DNA of 63,450 nt, the filler included, from Octopus bimaculoides (taxonomy: Eukaryota), in NCBI RefSeq assembly GCF_001194135.2. It is 4 parts of 4 records of this genome, joined end to end, with 100 filler letters (N's around TTAATTAATTAA, not from the genome) between each part and the next. Parts side by side here need not be neighbours in the genome. Positions count along the whole stretch, not along the records: positions 1 to 22,776 come from NC_068990.1; positions 22,877 to 45,166 come from NC_068989.1; 2 more parts are not named here. One strand, written 5' to 3'. The position numbers were made by a program, and so were the translations under genes. The number at the start of each line of letters is the position of its first letter. The first letter of the stretch is position 1. This document shows positions 12,375 to 25,725 of this stretch, piece after piece. Under the pieces are notes generated by a model that had not been told where the DNA came from, did not search any database, and saw nothing but the letters and a program-made list of their open reading frames with translations.

Positions 12375-14659
12375 CACTCAGTGTTATTTGCTAAGTATTG
12401 GTATTGAAAAAGTATGAAAAATGGCTATTATTTACCTATTTCCTAGTGGACATAAGGTCAGAAAAAAGAAAATATATAAATTAAATGTGTTTATACTTTA
12501 GTTATATAAAAGTTTAGAAGTATATAGTTTTTTTGAGATCTGCAACATAGATCACTTTCATGTATCATCCCTCAAATATAAGACTCCAATCATATTTTCC
12601 TTGTATGTTCTTTAGTATCCACATTCAAAGTCCATTATATTGTAATAGAAATGCTCTCTCTGCTCCTTTGAGCATGCTCCGGTTTTCTCCTTGGATTTAG
12701 CAAGAGGAACATAAAGAATATAGGCTTTTAGGGACATCCTGCAGCCCATTTTGCTGTAGTTCTTCACCAGAGTCTCAACCAGCTCTGCGGAGTTTTCTGC
12801 CTTTCTCTGTTGTCATTGCATAGGAAATTACTTCCTCCTTCCTACTGGGCATCTTGGGGAATTCCATGCACTTCAGAATCTTATCTGGAGTTCAAAACAC
12901 ACACCTGTTCTGATCTTTGCTACAGACAGAGAAGAAATTGTGAAGGTACTTAAAGATTGCTAACTGCTTATCAAGACAAGAGCCATGACAAATTGTTTCA
13001 TAAATCTCTATTTTATGCCCAGAATTTGAAGTAACATCCTCCAAAGGTTCACTAATATTTGATATTGTTCCCCTCTACAGAGAACTTGGTCTGTTGTAGT
13101 CAGTGACATTTTTGACAGTGTGACACGGAGTCCCTATTGTTCTAAAGGCAAATATTGCAAGAAAATTTCATGAAGTTGCCTTGAAGAACCATCAGGAATG
13201 TCCCCATTTTGAAGTCCCTGATAATTTCCCAGCCATACTCCTCATACTTCAAGGTATCTAGTAAAGGCTCAACACATCTGTATTTTTCTCTGACATGCAC
13301 TAAATGTTCTCAGTGAAAAGACACTTTTTGTCCCACTATGGCTTTGAAGCTTCTAAAGAAGTGTGACTTTGGTTACAAGTGATCCTGATTGCCTCAAACT
13401 ATATTTTGGTCAAATTTTGGTTGTAGAGCTCATCTTGATAAATGAAGATCCTTGAATAACTCAGGTGATGTTTCCTCTGACTTGTGGCTTGCAGATTTTC
13501 ATCTAATCAGTTCTAATATTTGCGCCAAGATTGTCAAAACTTTGGCATTGGATTTATGAGATCAAGTCTCTGCAGTCATTTTGGTTGGGGCAGTATGGCT
13601 TTGTTCCTTAGTTACATTTCTGAACTTGTCATTTATATAATATAGCACCTTCCTGTTCTGACTTGTTTCTCTCTATTGAAGACAGCTATGTTCTTTTTGG
13701 TAGAACGAGTATTGTGAGCTTAGAGTAGTGTAGCCCTGGGATGATAGGTTATGGAAAGTCTAGATGTATGGTAGCACATGCATTCTTGTTAGCCCAACAT
13801 TTGGGAAAGTCAAGTCATGCAGAAGTAGGAATTGCTTGAGTGATCAATGAATTCTTGCTCAAATCATGAGATAGCAAACTTCATGGTTCTCTTTTTTTTC
13901 CTGCATTATTCTGCAAAAGAACAAAATAAAATTAAGAACAAATAAATTTATTTTTCCTTTGTGTAATGAGTTGGTGGTTCCTGCAACATTTTATATTTGA
14001 TATATCTTTTCTGTAACACTGGAAACCGAAAAAAAAAAAAAAATTCCAAATATTCCAAATATTTTCTTTTGCAATATAAAATTCCACTATTCAAGCAAGC
14101 AAAAATTGTCCATCTTACCTTCCAGAGTTTTTTTTTAATTTTGAAATGTTTGCTGGTAAAATGAGGTGAGGTGTTTGTTTTGTCTTGATCCTGACAGCCT
14201 TGAAGTCTCTCACATTTTAGTGGATGTGGTCAGAGGGTACTTTTGTGTTCATGTTTTGATAAAGTGGTCACAGATACAGCACAATGTGTCTGCCAGATAC
14301 TTGCAGTCTCTTGACATCATTGCTGGTACATGCAGATAAGCTTATTCATTTAGGCATTGAGACCTAAACAAAACTGGTGAGTTCTATTGGTGGTCACTGT
14401 ATTTATATTACTATTTATTATTGGAAAGTTGAAAAATCTAGAAATTCTAGAAAGTTGCTGGAAATTCTCTGTCAGCTACTCAGTACTGAATCTATCTGAA
14501 ATGTTTTTAAGAAAAGACAGATTTCAAAATGTCATTTCTGAGGTCACAAAAGAAAAGTTTGAAGGGAATAATAACCATCTCCTATACAAATTTATTCACA
14601 TGCAATAAGAGAATAACACTTAGTACTCAGGAACAAAGTAAATGTTTTGTTGCTTGGTA
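12375..14659 (-). mobile_element. Near full-length decayed Chapaev3-type (CMC) DNA transposon with an internal spliceosomal intron (13911-14118)
   Basis: MSRDCKYLADT..DQDK..PHF | intron | RTMKFAI..DHSSNSYFCM..LLDTLKYEEYGWEIIRDFKM..LQGNFMKF..ETLVKNYSKMGCRMSLK..YKENMI. Subterminal repeats AGTGTTATT..AAAATGGCTATTATT occur at both ends. Confidence 0.8.
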
Positions 14660-16781
14660 TAATCAAAGATAGTGGCAAAAGTCAGCACTAACAGCTACTC
14701 TATTAGCTCAGATTTCATTCAACTGATAACTGGTTAAACTGTGTAGGGTTTAATGAGGTGTTTCTCACATGTGTTTATGCTCACTCACTCTCTAAGTGTG
14801 TGTATGTATCTGGTAATGCAGTATAAAAACAATATACATAGTCCACTAGTTTTCTAGTGTGAATCAGCCAGCTGATTTTGAGCAGAACTGTGGCACAGTG
14901 CTAAATATTTGGCTTGTGGGAAATCCATAAGTACTTCATACTGGTACATGTGAACTCTATCGTGAGGTGTTTTTTGTAGTGTCATGTAAATTGATCATTT
15001 GTGTCTAGATTACTGTGTTGGTGAATATTGTTTGTTAATTTAGGTACATTATGTATTATAGCATATTGTCTTTGAATGTTTATAAATTTTGGTAGTCATA
15101 GCTGTAAGAAAGAGTAAAGTGGATGTGATCAAAGCATGATTACTCTGAATGTTTAGGATTAATATGCTTAGCACAATAACTGTCAGTGTTGCAATTATTT
15201 CACTGTTTTCCTGTTTGGCTGGTAACGAGGAAGTTCTGTGTTGATGTATATCTCCTGTATTATGTTGTTACTGTACTAAAAAATATTGGATGTATTTTCT
15301 TTTACTGTGTGTTGCATGTGACACATCAACATATCATCACCATCCATCTTTACATAATTTATCCTCTCATTAAAAGAATATAGAATCTTATTGAAAAAAT
15401 GATAGACTATGTTGCTGCTTAATCTGTTTCCCATGTGACTCAAGTTGGAGACTATTCCTAAAACATATATCTTTCTTCTTGTATAGCAGTAACATTGCTA
15501 CCAGCTGGATGAATGGTGGGGTGGAAGGAACTAAGAAAGAAAGATAGAAAGAGGGGAATAGATTTTTTTTTTTAAATGAGTATTGCAGACAGTCACTGAG
15601 AACTAACATTCCCAGTGTCATGAGGCCATTTCTATAAGACCTATTCTTAAAACATACATTTCTCTTCTGCAACAAAGTTAACATTTTTTTACCTTATACA
15701 TAATTACACATTATACTAACTGTATTTAGATGACAATAATGTCTTGATCTATTAATACATCTCTGTATGGGTAAATGGTCATCTGGTTGTAGGTGCGGTT
15801 GTAACTGTGAGCGTTAATGTATATATAATCTGTGGCTGTATATACTTTTGCTGATGGATATCAAATCTCTGTTGCTGTATAATACACAGTGTTACAAAGT
15901 CAACACTAACTATTCACTCTCTGCCCCCCCCCTCTCTCAGACAGAAAGACAGACAGAGTTGATGATTGAGATATTGGCTATATATATTCACAAACTCATT
16001 TGATACTGTTTTTGAATAGCACATAATATAATAATGTATATAATAATATATATTTCCACACTACAGCACTGTAGCATAGAAATGTACTTGTTATTTGTTG
16101 CTGCTCAGCTTCAGATCAATCCTGAAAGAACAGGTCTGATCAAAGACATTCCAAGCATAACCATATCCTGATATTATTATATGACAGTAAGATATAATTT
16201 GAGGGCTATTGTTATTTCTAGCAGGTTGAGTGACTATGTAGAGGCTCCCCCCATTGCTTTGTATACATACTTATTACTAGTTATATGAACTGTATGTTTA
16301 TTGATGATGTGGGATGGTGTTTACTATATGATTACTATATGATGTTTATGATGGTATAGCACATGCACACACACGCACACACATGCACACACACTAATTT
16401 AGTCAAATGAGGTGCATAATGCATAATTTATGACTTTTACAGGCCCTTCTGGAGAGATGAGGTCAAATTAGTTGCTGTTTGGAATTTGGAGCCTGAAGAT
16501 ACCTCTAGTTAGTGAGTTAAGTTTCTTAGTGATGTAGCTATGGTTATGGAGTAGTGAGATAAAAGAAATATTTAACATGAATTTGGGGGATTAAACCAAG
16601 TAGAATAACTAGCAGAAGGTTCATTTGATGGAAGTGTCATGCAGCTAGCGAATTCAGAGGAGCATGTGTCATTGTAATCGAAGTAAAAGAAGCAGAGAAA
16701 AGTCTGCACTAAATTTTGTAGAATGTTAGTGATTGGATCTTTGATAGTCAGCTAAAATTGTTTCCTTTTAGATGTGATCTA

Positions 16782-16994
16782 CAAGGAAGTACTGAAAAGT
16801 TCCTGGCTTTGGGTAAAAGAAAATACAGGAGGATCAGTTAATTATGATTTTATTGAACACAACCCCTCTCAGATTCACACACTTATTGTAGTCCTTCAGT
16901 TTTTCTAAGCTCTATAAACGTACTTAGAAGGTAGGGCCTCCAACTAGGCCTTTTGCAGTACCCTTAAAGCCAAGAACTTTTCAGCACCCCCTTG
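16782..16994. mobile_element. Mariner-type MITE
   Basis: TA|CAAGGAAGTACTGAAAAGTTCCTGGCTTT ... AAAGCCAAGAACTTTTCAGCACCCCCTTG|TA. Confidence 0.8.
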
Positions 16995-17164
16995 TAGATG
17001 TCTTAGCAAGAATACATAATTTAGTCATCCTTTCAATATGCATGAACTCAGCACATTTTGGAGTCTGAAGAACATACCAATAAGTTAGCTTCTTGTTAGA
17101 GTATTTTAACTCAATGTATTGAAAAGGTGTATGTAATGCCTGGTTGATAACTCTTTAGTCTTTA

Positions 17165-17555
17165 CTCTTTTACTTGTTTCAGTCATTTGACTGCGGCCAT
17201 GCTGGAGCACCGCCTTTAGTCGAGCAAATCGACCCTAGGACTTATTCTTTGTAAGCCTAGTACTTATTCTATAGGTCTCTTTTGCTGAACTGCTAAGTTA
17301 CAGGGACGTAAACACACCAGCATCGGTTGTCAAGTGATGTTGGGGGAACAAACACAGACACACAAACATATACACACATATATATATATATACGATGGGT
17401 TTCTTTCAGTTTCCGTCTACCAAATCCACTCAAGGCTTTGGTTGGCCCGAGGCTATAACAGAAGACACTTGCCCAAGGTGCCACACAGTGGGACTGAACC
17501 CAGAACCATGTGGTTGGTAAGCAAGCTACTTACCACACAGCCACTCCTGCGCCTA
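17165..17555 (-). mobile_element. tRNA-derived SINE, family B (full length, central TA/CA microsatellite)
   Basis: Reverse complement of the copy at 21055-21475. Confidence 0.88.
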
Positions 17556-18194
17556 AGTATAACATTCTTATGCAGCCTTTTGTTATTGATGATCAACAAA
17601 AGGTAAATGGTGGTGTATAGTTAGTGCTGAGGATCAGCAACCCATTGCAGTAATAGAAAAGAGAGAGAGAGAGAGAAGACATCATATGTGTGGGGCTGAG
17701 GTTGGAGGAGTGTGTTGGTGAGTGACTTCATGTCGGTCAGTTACTGCCAAACCACTGCTGGTAACAACATCTAATCATATCATAATATTCATTAATCTGC
17801 CACACTTGCTGTTGCATTTTCTGTGCTAGTTGAGAACCTGATTTTCTTAATACGTTTGAAGTATGTGTAAGGTACATGAATTTCAGAGTGGACTGGCTTG
17901 GTGCAGCTTTAAGTCTGAATGAATGAATGCATGTGTATGTGTGTGTGCGCACATGAGTGATGATTTTATTATAAGCTCTGTGTACTTACTATTGATGATT
18001 GTAAATCATATTTTCACATTGTTGCTGTTTGTGTATACTCTGTGTTTGTGTGTGTCCCTGCCATATACATACAAACTAATTGCAACAATCATGTACATCA
18101 TGCATATATATATATCTTTAAAAATATGTTTATATACATATGTATGTAACTATGTGTACATGTATGTTTATGTATAGATGTCTATATGTTTATG

Positions 18195-18535
18195 TGAAGG
18201 CATATGACTCAGTGGTTAGAGCACTGGGCTTCCAGTTGTGAGATTGTGAGTTTGATGTCCTGGACCAGGCTGTGTGTTGTGTTCTTGAGCAAGACACTTT
18301 ATTTCATGTTGTTTCAGTTCACTCAGCTGTAGAAATGTGTTGCAACACCACTGGTGCCAAGCTGTATTGGCCTTTGCCTTTCCCTTGGATAACATCAATG
18401 GTGTGGAGTGGGGGAACTTGTATGCATGGGCAACTGCTGGTCTTCCACAAACAACCTTGCCTGGACTTGTGCCTCTGAGGGGAATTTTCTAGGTGTATTC
18501 CCATTGTCATTCATGACCAAACGGGTTCTTCACCC
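18195..18535 (+). mobile_element. tRNA-derived SINE, family C
   Basis: TGACTCAGTGGTTAGAGC (A box)..TGTGTTGTGTTCTTGAGCAAGACAC..; homologous to the copy at 35517. Confidence 0.85.
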
Positions 18536-19249
18536 GTTATATATGTTTATGTATAGATGTATGTATATTCATAACTCCTTATGCATTCAGGTATAAATTG
18601 TGTACACATCTGATAATGGTACATAGACATACGGACACTGATAAATTACATGTTGCTCTTACAACTGAAATAGTCTTCCTTTCAACTTCTCAACTAATTT
18701 ATTCTCTATTGTGGGACCCACAAATCAATCTTGTATATTTGTAGTAAGTATTATGGTATTTTTCTAAACTATGTCTCTGTGCTTGACATTTGTTAACAGT
18801 ATTTATCCCGACACCCACATACAGTGATGATAATGATTATAAGCATTCTCTATTGATTGTAATGATCATAAACCACATACCCATTCACAGTGATGGTCAT
18901 ATGCATACATTATTGATCACAATCATTACACACTTACACAGTGATTGTGAAGTTTGCATATTGATGATAATATCATAGACACATGGCTAACCACTTAACA
19001 GTGGTGGTGATGATCATTCACATTATTTATAAAATATCTCCCTCTCTCTCTAACACACATACTGTTAGTGAAGTTTCATTACCATAAGATCTTGGGATGG
19101 AAATGGGAGATTATGACATTCATATCTTTCCTTTAGAGAACCTTCATACAGTAATCCCATCCTGCTACTGAAACCAGTTATAGATGGCGATCACTTGTAG
19201 AGAAAAGATTTGATAATTCACACCACCTATTTTTTATATTAGTTGTGAA

Positions 19250-20750
19250 GTGAAAGGTGTTTGGTTTCTTTTATGTTAGTCAGAAGGAGGAGGATGAGTT
19301 GTGGCTATGTCTTTTGCGGGCCTTCTCAATCTGCTGAGATTTATGGTATATCCAGTTAGATGTTCTGTAGTTTAACATCTGCAAGAAAAATGTTGGGTTG
19401 TAGAGGGTTGCTATCTTGGTGAAGAAGGAATGAATAAAGTTTAGTGTGCAACCAGAGAAGTAACATTGAGCTAGCTTGTTCAGACAAGCAGTGGCTGTAG
19501 TACTAATAGCAGAAGAAAACAAGAAACCATGTCAGTGGTTGTAGCATTGTGGTCAGTATTTGTCCATTGGTTGAATGAACTACTTCTAGAAGTTATCTAG
19601 AATATTTGTGTATGCAACAGCAACAACAGCAGTAAAATACCAGGTACGTGAGCCGTAATCTCATATGAATCTTATAGAGTTGGCAACTAATGAAGAGTGA
19701 ACTTGTTTCTGGGCCTAAAGAGAAAGTTTAGTGTTTGGGATACATTTTATCAATATTAAATATAAGGTGCCATGAGAAATGATTACATTGAGAAGTATAT
19801 CTTGTGTTTTGTTTGTTTTTGTGCAGAGGAATGGTAAAAGACTGTTTCGATGGAATGTGTAGTTATTGTCTTGGTTCTGTTGAAACACGGTTATTATGTC
19901 CTCACTTAAGAAGGTTTCCAAAGTGTCTTTTTACAAAATTACTAGAAGTTTGGTATGTTGATGTGGGTAGATGATGCCTCTATGCAAAAAGGTATTTGAA
20001 AAGTGAAAAAATGGTTTCGTATGCATTGGAATGTGTACTGCTAGACATGACAACAACTAGGTCACTAATATTTAGAAAGATTTTTGGGAAACTTAACTGA
20101 ACTTTGATCTACACCATAGCTAATAGTGTGGATTGGAGTGAACCTTGTCAGCTCATGCTGCAATGGTGCTGTCTGATTAGCAACTCCTGATGAGAGGATG
20201 AAATCAATAAGTGGACTATATAGCTACTAGCTACCATACTGTAAATTGTCAAAAACTTTACTGATATTAAGTGCAATATTGTTTTCATTGAAATTCTCAA
20301 TGGTGTAAGAAGTAACTGGTTAGTGACATAGGAGAACAAGTTTTCATGTGGAAGTTGTACTGGTGGAGAGAGCAAGAGAAAGTTATGAGGGGTGGTTGTT
20401 TACAACTGTTTCTACCATCCTTGAAACTGTACTCTTCTTAGAATTGGAAATTAATGCATTTATATAGATTAAGAAAAATTCCTGCAGAGAAAGACAGGAA
20501 AGTTTTGTGAAGATAGAAGCTAACTCTTGAACACCTAGTGTAGTGGATGCAACACTATTAGGATGGGTTTCTTTGTTAGGTAGGAGTGATCAGAGGTGAT
20601 GTATTGGAAAGGGGCTTTTGTTGAATGTGGAGGTAGAGAGAGCAATATGTGTAGAGATTTTACAGCGGGGCTGTTATTTGTAGAAACATTTGGCTGAGTG
20701 GTAATGGAGGAAGATTCTCCCAAGTTTGTAAGAAAATTTTTATGAAACAC
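19250..20750 (-). mobile_element. Highly decayed CR1/L2-group LINE
   Basis: IALNISKVFDN (cf. ALDISKAFD) near 20250-20290 and an SDH-containing endonuclease-like stretch near 20590. Very fragmented. Confidence 0.4.
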
Positions 20751-21054
20751 TCAGATAACTTTGCTGAAAATCGGGAGAGAGCTTGCTAGCTGTGTGATGC
20801 AGAAAAGCATCCTCTGGCATGGCTGTGCCCAGAATTGAAGAACTACAAGCTAACTTAACAAGGTTGGATATCTCAGAATTTAGGTTAAAGTGTTTGTACG
20901 TTTCTCATAGCATTTCTTAGGTTTCAGCACAGTTTTGTCTTATTAGGAATCAAGTGACAATATTTGTAGTAATAATTTCTTTATATATTAAAATAACCAA
21001 TATAAATACGGGCTGGTTGGTTCTCCAGCCATGCTGTACATCATACAAAAAGAA

Positions 21055-21209
21055 GGAGAGAGAACAAAGTAGCTTGCTTACCAACCACATGGTTCCAGGT
21101 TCATTCCCACTGTGTGGCATCTTGGGCATGTGTCCTCTACTATAGCCTCGGGCCGACCAAAGCCTTGTGTGTAGATTTGGTAGGCGGAAACTGAAAGAAG
21201 CCCGTCGTA

Positions 21210-21252
<43 letters not shown>

Positions 21253-21475
21253 TCATGTGTGTGTATATGTTTATGTGTCTGTGTTCGTCCCCCAACATTG
21301 CTTGACAACCGATGGTGGTGTGTTTACATCCCCGTAACTTAGCAGTTCGGCAAAAGAGTCCGATAGAATAAGTACTAGGCTTACAAAGAATAAGTCCTGG
21401 GGTCGATTTGCTCGACTAAAGGTGGTGCTCCAGCATGGCTGCAGTCAAATGACTGAAACAAGTAAAAGAGTGAGA
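21055..21475 (+). mobile_element. tRNA-derived SINE, family B
   Basis: GTAGCTTGCTTACCAACCACATGGTTCC..GGGCCGACCAAAGCC..GGGGTCGATTTGCTCGACTAAAGG..GCAGTCAAATGACTGAAACAAG. Confidence 0.88.
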
Positions 21476-22311
21476 GAGTATAAGAGGTGGAAGGATGAGT
21501 GCACATACTAGGCTTAATGGCAGGCAATGAGTAAAAGAATGCTACACAGACTAACACATGCACATACAAAATGGAAAAGAGTCATAAAGACAGAAGAGTA
21601 AATGATAATGAAATCATGGAAGGAGTATTACAAATGAGAAATTTGTTTTATTTTAAGTTAATTAATACTTTCATTTGAAAATTAGTATTCATTTCATAAT
21701 TTTGTTTGAGCACCAAAAAATTTGATAAAACTTAAATTATAATTATTGTATCTATGCCATGTTTCCTAATATAACTCATGGTGGCAAAACTATATTTCCA
21801 AAGTTGCCTGTCACATAACAGATAACACTCTAGTATAATGTTAAAGCCTGGGATATTTAGAGGAGAGAAAATAGTTATTTATCGTGTTCATACTTTTTTT
21901 TCATAGGCAGCAGTTATATTGTGAAAGTCATTTTGTCTATTTAAGAACACACAGAAAATTATTACCTTCATTTCCTGTTAATTTCTTAGTGATACTGTCT
22001 TATGAAATATCAAAGTTTTGTCAAGCTTCTGTAACATGGTTACAGAACTCCAAAATAACTATAATAAAATTATTTATTTTCATCTTGATTTGATGTCAGC
22101 TGTTGGATATACTCATTTCTTAAACTTACTCATGTTTATTTGAAAATCTTTTTAATTACACCCATTTTCCAATGTTTACATTGGGTGGGTAAGATTTTTG
22201 TTATGACACCATTGTTTTTACTAGTGGAGATGAGCCAATGAGGGGATCTCTACTTGGTTACTCAACTTGGTAGAAATAACAGCTAAATTTTCATTGAATC
22301 ACATACTGCCA

Positions 22312-22454
22312 CAGTAGTTCCCAGCCTGTGGTCTGTGGACCCTTGGGGATCCACAAACATCTTAAGCTGACAGACCTTTCAATATCTTGGGGTCCGTGGG
22401 AAAATTCATTTGAAATAAAGGTGTCCTTGGTAGTGAAAAGGTTGGGAACCACTG
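22312..22454. mobile_element. hAT-type MITE
   Basis: CAGTAGTTCCCAGCCT ... AGGTTGGGAACCACTG termini; 8-bp flanks TACTGCCA / TACTAACA (6 of 8 identical). Confidence 0.65.
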
Positions 22455-22776
22455 TACTAACATCTAAAATCTGATAGGATATATTGAGCAATGGGATCTA
22501 TTTTAAAACGGGGGCGCCAGTATTTTCTTAACGAAACACTAACGAAACACTTTGAAACTTGGGACACTGGTAGAATGTGTCATATAAAACATCTTTTACT
22601 CTTAGTCTTCTTAACAAAAAAAAGGAATTCGCAAGTTATTCCATGTTAAAGTCGTCGTATTTCTGTAATTTCAACCAATCACTGACGTCTATTCAGCTCA
22701 ATAGAGTTACTGCTGGGCGGTCATAAAAATGTTATTCCCTGTGACATATTTCATCCGGTTTAATCGTAATTTATAC

Positions 22777-22876
22777 NNNNNNNNNNNNNNNNNNNNNNNN
22801 NNNNNNNNNNNNNNNNNNNNTTAATTAATTAANNNNNNNNNNNNNNNNNNNNNNNNNNNNNNNNNNNNNNNNNNNN
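22777..22876. other. Artificial scaffold-joining spacer
   Basis: N44-TTAATTAATTAA-N44 (stops in all six frames), exactly 100 bp, identical at three sites. Confidence 0.93.
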
Positions 22877-22960
<84 letters not shown>

Positions 22961-23007
22961 TATGTATGTATGTATATACACATACACACACACGTACGCA
23001 CACACAC

Positions 23008-23072
<65 letters not shown>

Positions 23073-24308
23073 CAGGGTGGGGAAGCAAAACTTGGAATAT
23101 TTTGGAAGCAATATTTTTCATATATTCCTGAGCGGAAATACTAAAATATTGTTTTCTATTTCAGGGTAAGTATATAGAGTTAAATTAAGCAGAAGTTCCA
23201 GTCATACGATTTAATATGTCCACTTAAGAAACCAACGCATTGCAGATTTGCTTCGTGCTGGGGTTGCAATTAGACATATTGCTCAGGCTGTTGGGATCTC
23301 TGTGAGCACTGTCTACAACGTTAAGAACCGAATGCTGGATATTGGAGGCACCAAGAGAAAGCAATGGTGTGGAAACAAATAAAAAACGGGATAATGTATT
23401 TCTTAAATCTCTCAAAGCCAAAATTTCGAAAGACCCAACAATATCCATGAGAAAACTGTCCATGGATATGAAAGTTGATCCAAAGACCGTCAGAAATGCT
23501 GTACACACTGATTTACATCTGGGGTCATACGTGAGGACCCTGAGACACCTATATGAAAGCCAAAAGGCATGAAAGGGCCAAAAAAGTGTTGCGATACCTG
23601 AAGCACAATGAACAAACCATCAAAATCTTTTCAGATGAAAATATCTTTACCGTTGATGATGTTTTAAAACGTCGCAATGATCGATACATTGCTAAGTCAC
23701 CTTCTGAAATAAAGGGCGTCTTTAGGACCAAGCCCCCAGATCAAGTTATGTTTCTGGGAGTCGTGACGTCTGACGCCAAAAAGATGCCTCTCCATCTTTT
23801 CAAGTCTGGGGAAAAGGTGGAGGCTGACTTTTATTATAAGGTCCTGCGGTATAAGATTTTGCCTCGGTTGAATTCTGACTACCCCAACGGCAGTTATCTG
23901 TGGACCCAAAATGGTTCTCCTGCGCATACGGCGAAGACAACTTCGCCGACTTTTGGCCTGCCAAATTCTAGCTTTCTGCCAGCCCAGACTTGAACTCCCT
24001 GGACTATGCTGTATGGGGCAGATTGGAGCACTCTGCCAACAGAACTGCGCATCCAAGTCTTGATCATTTTAAGCAAATCCTAGGGGAAGAGTAGAACAAC
24101 ATGTCTGAGTGCTTCATCATGTTGTAATGCCGTCAGCCGGTTTGTAAAGGCTGCGGTGGACAATGAAGGCAGACATATTGAATAAATTGTTTCTTTACAC
24201 CACTATAAACTTGTACTGAAATTATATTTATGTCAGGCTACTGGTTGTTGTAATATAAACAATTTGGTAAATTATCTATTATTTTTCAAGTTTTGTTTCC
24301 CCACCCTG
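23073..24308 (+). mobile_element. Full-length-size Tc1/mariner element, maT (DD37D-like) transposase pseudogene
   Basis: TA|CAGGGTGGGGAAGCAAAACTTG ... CAAGTTTTGTTTCCCCACCCTG|TA. HTH QRIADLLRAG..STVYNVK, IFSDE, TQNGSPAHTAK and SPDLNSLD are present, with frameshifts and stops. Confidence 0.9.
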
Positions 24309-24369
24309 TACATATATATACATACATAAAAACATACACAGGCAAACATGCCTATATATACTGATGTAT

Positions 24370-24680
24370 ACATAGATACCTACACACACATATATACACA
24401 TTACGACCCCGTGCATATTGTATTAAACTCTTCTCATATACACAATGTTTACTGTTACTAATTGAAGAAAGATGAAAGGAGGAAAAAAAGCACAAAAAAA
24501 GAATCAGGTAAGTGGTGACAAGTGGGGGGAGAATAGAAAAATGTTTTAATTTCGACATCAGGAGTGTTTATAAACGAATCAAGTGGGGAAAGGGAAGGAA
24601 AAGGAAAAAGATACAGTAAAACCATTGTATGTGTATACTAATGCCAGTATAGGCGCACGGACATAAACGTACCGACATAA

Positions 24681-24718
<38 letters not shown>

Positions 24719-25097
24719 GTAATACACACATTTATACACGTATATATATATAAACATATACATATATATTTATCTACATACTAGGCGTATGCACGTCTAT
24801 CTATATGGGTGCATATATTGGCATTAGTATACACATACAGTGGGTTTTTTTTTTTACTGTATCTTTTTTTTCTTTTCTTTCCCTTTCCCCGCTTGATTCG
24901 CTTATAAACGCTGCTGTTGTCGAAATTAAAACATTTTTCTATTCTCTCTTCCCCACCTCTTACCTTACCACCAGTTACCTGATTCTTTTTGTTCTTTCTT
25001 TCTTCTTTCTTTAACTAGTAAAAGTAAACATTGTGTATATGAGTTTAATACAATATGCACGGGGTCGTAGTGTATATGTATGTGTGTGTAGGTGTCT
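24370..25097. repeat. Long inverted repeat (~280-bp diverged arms, 24370-24650 vs 24815-25097) with a microsatellite spacer
   Basis: ACGACCCCGTGCATATTGTATTAAACTC..GATACAGTAAAA..TATACTAATGCCA is mirrored by TGGCATTAGTATA..TTTTACTGTATC..GAGTTTAATACAATATGCACGGGGTCGT. Confidence 0.8.
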
Positions 25098-25426
25098 ATT
25101 GTTGACACTCCGTCGCTTACGACGTCGTGGGTTCCAGTTGATCCGATCAACGGAACAGCCTGCTCGTGAAATTAACGTGCAAGTGGCTGAGCACTCCACA
25201 GACACGTGTACCCTTAACGTAGTTCTCGGGGATATTCAGCGTGACACAGTGACAAGGCTGACCCTTTGAATTACAGGCACAACAGGAAGTAAGAGTGAGA
25301 GAAAGTTGTGGTGGAAGAGTACAGCAGGGTTCGCCACCATCCCCTGCCGGAGCCTCGTGGAGCTTCAGGTGTTTTCGCTCAATAAACACTCACAACGCCT
25401 GGTCTGGGAATCGAAACTGCGATCTT
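25098..25426 (-). mobile_element. SINE family D (head truncated by a gap)
   Basis: B-box remnant GGGAATCGAAAC on the + strand near 25410; the body is shared with the arms of the fold-back at 54312-54527. Confidence 0.8.
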
Positions 25427-25725
25427 NNNNNNNNNNNNNNNNNNNNNNNNNNNNNNNNNNNNNNNNNNNNNNNNNNNNNNNNNNNNNNNNNNNNNNNNNN
25501 NNNNNNNNNNNNNNNNNNNNNNNNNNNNNNNNNNNNNNNNNNNNNNNNNNNNNNNNNNNNNNNNNNNNNNNNNNNNNNNNNNNNNNNNNNNNNNNNNNNN
25601 NNNNNNNNNNNNNNNNNNNNNNNNNNNNNNNNNNNNNNNNNNNNNNNNNTTTGCCTGTGTGTTTTTATGTATGTATGTAAGTACACACACACACACACAC
25701 AGATAGATAGATAGATACGTGTAAT

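Noticed and set aside
16443-16511. Exon-like segment with ACAG| and |GTGAGT
   Set aside because: It has a stop in phase 0 and no RIC1 similarity. A poison exon cannot be supported without RNA data.
17586-17612. Micro-exon PFVIDDQQK with plausible splice sites
   Set aside because: It does not match the expected RIC1 exon 2, and such sites are common by chance.
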